Source: Iphione sp. A-MEVVRFRX5 (Eukaryota). From it: a stretch of 64,000 nt of DNA. This document shows, piece after piece, positions 63,501 through 64,000 of the stretch. The stretch's first letter is position 1; the number at the start of each line of letters is the position of its first letter. A program made the position numbers and the translations under genes. The notes below the pieces were generated by a model, which saw only the letters and a program-made list of their open reading frames with translations, was not told where the DNA came from and searched no databases. The stretch lies in NCBI GenBank assembly GCA_976226885.1, contig OZ320320.1, positions 24,118,001-24,182,000 of the forward strand, given 5' to 3'.

Positions 63501-64000
63501 AGCCGCTGTGAGCGGGATAAGCTGACCCCCCCCCCCCCCCCGCCTCTTCTCCCGCCGCTCCGGCTGGACAAGCCTCCCCGCATCTCTTCATGATCTGCTA
63601 GATCTGCTCTAGCAGGGGAGAGGATTATCTGTTACCATGGTGAAGAAGATTATCATCGGGCCGGATCCCCCGCCGCCGCCGCTGCCCTCCTCACCTCCCC
63701 CGCCCTTGTCACCGCCGCCGTCGCGCGCTTCGTCGTCGTCGCCATCGTTGTCGACGGCCGCCGGGGCCTCCACTTCCTCTAAGACCCCCTCCCCCCGCCC
63801 ACCCCCGCGGCGCACTGGCTCCAGCCACAGCGCCGGGGATACCCCCTCCACGCCCTTCACCACCACCACCACCACCACCACGGCGGCGACGGCGGCGGTA
63901 GCATGCACTTCCTGTGGCGAGAAGCCGCGGTCGGCGTCAAGCGGAAGTGGCTCGGGATCGGCCTCGTCGTCGTCGTCCTTCTCGTCAAACGCGTCTGCGC
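24128..64000 (+). CDS. GRAMD1B: GRAM domain-containing protein 1 (Aster/GRAMD1B-like), multi-exon, 5' part only (span of supported exons; first exon not fixed, 3' end beyond window)
   Basis: GT-AG exons join in phase into ...KKKKGSYWYN|VLSPTYKSRSEDFKRIFKVIPNTERLMV-D-YSCALQKEILVHGRLYITQNWICFYANIFRWETV|LTIRCTSITSMTKEKTARVIPNAIQICADGEKYFFTSFGTRDKTYLMLFRVWQN...PMSPQELWQWVHYSYGEELGLTSSDDDY. I recognise this as the GRAMD1 GRAM domain and its flanks. Confidence 0.93.
26120..26420. repeat. 50-bp tandem repeat, about 6 copies
   Basis: atgttattctc at 26148, about 26202, 26252, 26302, 26352 and 26402. Confidence 0.85.
29277..29362. repeat. (GA)n microsatellite
   Basis: Pure run; a second (GA)n run lies at 29953-30040. 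Confidence 0.95.
33685..33698 (-). promoter_or_regulatory. CTCF-type motif CCGCTAGAGGGCAC
   Basis: Near-consensus core on the minus strand within a CpG-rich patch. Confidence 0.4.
33880..34700. repeat. 27-bp minisatellite with alternating monomers (54/81-bp higher-order units)
   Basis: Monomers acacaacatgtcatacagagagattgt and acacaacatctcatacaaagagagggc alternate. Confidence 0.95.
37439..37804 (+). CDS. GRAMD1B: Candidate alternative GRAMD1 exon with a long hydrophobic segment (internal 366-nt phase 2-2 exon, or coding from ATG at 37509)
   Basis: Open frame 37398-37804 ends at ataag|gtaggt in phase 2, which fits the 40499 exon. The possible acceptor gcctccag| at 37438 is weak. Translation includes VALTSLSVLLLSMLSLLLLLMCGLFLC. 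Confidence 0.5.
37990..38235. repeat. ~52-bp degenerate tandem repeat
   Basis: ttcagacttgatccagtaggttt recurs near 38071, 38111, 38163 and 38214. Confidence 0.75.
39800..39960 (-). mobile_element. LINE C-terminal remnant
   Basis: NKGYRSIGFPFKKKLETYLKE resembles the CR1-type KANR.LGF..RNL motif; short. Confidence 0.3.
39975..40058 (-). pseudogene. tRNA-derived SINE head or tRNA pseudogene
   Basis: Reverse complement has an A-box-like CCCAGTTGGTTAGAG and a B-box-like GGTTGCAAGTTCAATTC at tRNA-like spacing, but no intact cloverleaf. Confidence 0.5.
40499..40661 (+). CDS. GRAMD1B: GRAMD1 exon (phase 2-0): SRVSSNDDIGPGDVSRSERDVTGGTSDMSSTPVSANTLSDFSEASIFKDPLHDK
   Basis: Acceptor tgtacatttcag|cag (NAGNAG, alternative start 40502); donor aag|gtgaca. 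In phase with the exons on both sides. Confidence 0.75.
41083..41250 (+). CDS. GRAMD1B: GRAMD1 exon (168 nt, phase 0-0): ELNRSTNG...KSADKKKKGSYWYN
   Basis: Acceptor tattgtag|, perfect donor aac|gtaagt. Ends in a basic patch plus WYN, matching the KK..SWYN|VLSP junction of GRAMD1 proteins. Confidence 0.88.
42582..42623 (+). CDS. GRAMD1B: Candidate 42-nt cassette microexon: SAYSVLSDPQSYLK
   Basis: Strong acceptor tttcctttctgtcaacag|; weaker donor aag|gtgaag. Phase 0-0 with no stop. Confidence 0.5.
43060..43860. repeat. Degenerate 48-bp minisatellite, about 16 copies
   Basis: Unit approximately cctcatcttgtaggagctcagggaggtaactgtagtgtcaacattaaa. Confidence 0.85.
45250..45760 (-). mobile_element. 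Decayed LINE RT remnant
   Basis: Minus strand WAVVFP...PTSVN*AVVSLLERFGK, then YRFKPRPG and VVYPD. This follows the RT motif order NYRPISLL..K / QYGFR.G / VVYLD. Confidence 0.35.
47298..47333 (+). CDS. GRAMD1B: Candidate 36-nt microexon SSSSKKKSSRSK (or 3' end of an alternative first exon starting at ATG 47265)
   Basis: Acceptor cgctcttttcag|, donor aag|gtagag, phase 0-0. The Lys/Ser-rich peptide resembles the basic pre-GRAM segment. Confidence 0.6.
52051..52083 (+). CDS. GRAMD1B: Candidate 33-nt microexon: LFSSFCSESYQ
   Basis: Acceptor ccgccttttacag|, strong donor cag|gtatgt, phase 0-0. Could instead be an 11-nt exon from the AG at 52071-52072, or a zero-length AG|GT recursive site. Confidence 0.4.
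54089..54173 (+). CDS. GRAMD1B: GRAMD1 GRAM-domain exon (phase 0-1): VLSPTYKSRSEDFKRIFKVIPNTERLMV
   Basis: ctccag| and g|gtgagt boundaries; conserved GRAMD1 motif. Confidence 0.95.
54651..54754 (+). CDS. GRAMD1B: GRAMD1 GRAM-domain exon (phase 1-0): (D)YSCALQKEILVHGRLYITQNWICFYANIFRWETV
   Basis: ttgttttcag| and gtg|gtatgt boundaries; GRAM core motif. Confidence 0.97.
56235..56397 (+). CDS. GRAMD1B: GRAMD1 GRAM-domain exon, 3' end lost in an N-gap: LTIRCTSITSMTKEKTARVIPNAIQICADGEKYFFTSFGTRDKTYLMLFRVWQN
   Basis: Acceptor ataatatag|; conserved motif; runs into Ns at 56398. Confidence 0.96.
57738..57899 (+). CDS. GRAMD1B: GRAMD1 exon (162 nt, phase 0-0): PMSPQELWQWVHYSYGEELGLTSSDDDYMAPTQDEEEKFQKILTQEEMNDTQEK
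   Basis: Acceptor after a (ct)-rich tract, taaccag|; donor aag|gtcagt; conserved post-GRAM ELW..VH..YG.ELGLTS motif. Confidence 0.94.
63380..64000. other. CpG-island-like GC-rich region
   Basis: Dense CpG (ccg/cgc/tcg runs), unlike the CpG-poor surrounding introns. Judged by eye. Confidence 0.65.
63613..64000 (+). CDS. GRAMD1B: Pro/Ser/Thr-rich open frame leaving the window; probable GRAMD1 linker exon (QGRGLSVTMVKKIIIGPDPPPPPLPSS...)
   Basis: NAGNAG acceptor ctctag|cag| in phase 0, matching the 57899 donor. Stop-free for 388 nt and very GC-rich. Missing from the ORF track because there is no stop in the window. Confidence 0.5.

Noticed and set aside
63609-63908. Minus-strand ORF with poly-Val and poly-Gly tracts
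   Set aside because: Antisense shadow of the GC-rich + strand frame, which has a phase-compatible acceptor.

Overview
Animal nuclear DNA from a gapped draft assembly (10 N-runs of about 134-180 nt, many microsatellites). It is probably an invertebrate bilaterian; the species cannot be determined from the sequence. The main feature is the 5' half of a large + strand GRAMD1/Aster (GRAMD1B-like) gene. Its recognisable GRAM-domain exons lie at 54089-57899. Upstream Ser-rich exons run back to at least 24128, and a Pro/Ser/Thr-rich open frame leaves the window at 64000; the VASt and transmembrane domains are not in the window. Upstream are an intact tRNA-Ser(CGA), a degenerate DIRS-like element and several orphan exon-like islands. 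The introns hold a 5'-truncated CR1-like LINE, other retroelement relics, a hAT-type MITE with a near-perfect 8-bp TSD and many minisatellites. The most interesting signals concern splicing: three frame-preserving microexon candidates just before the GRAM domain, a hydrophobic alternative exon, a recursive-splice-type 17-nt exon, possible internal promoters and possible antisense nested exons. I found no prokaryotic system or CRISPR array. All translations and counts were done by hand and no database search was run.
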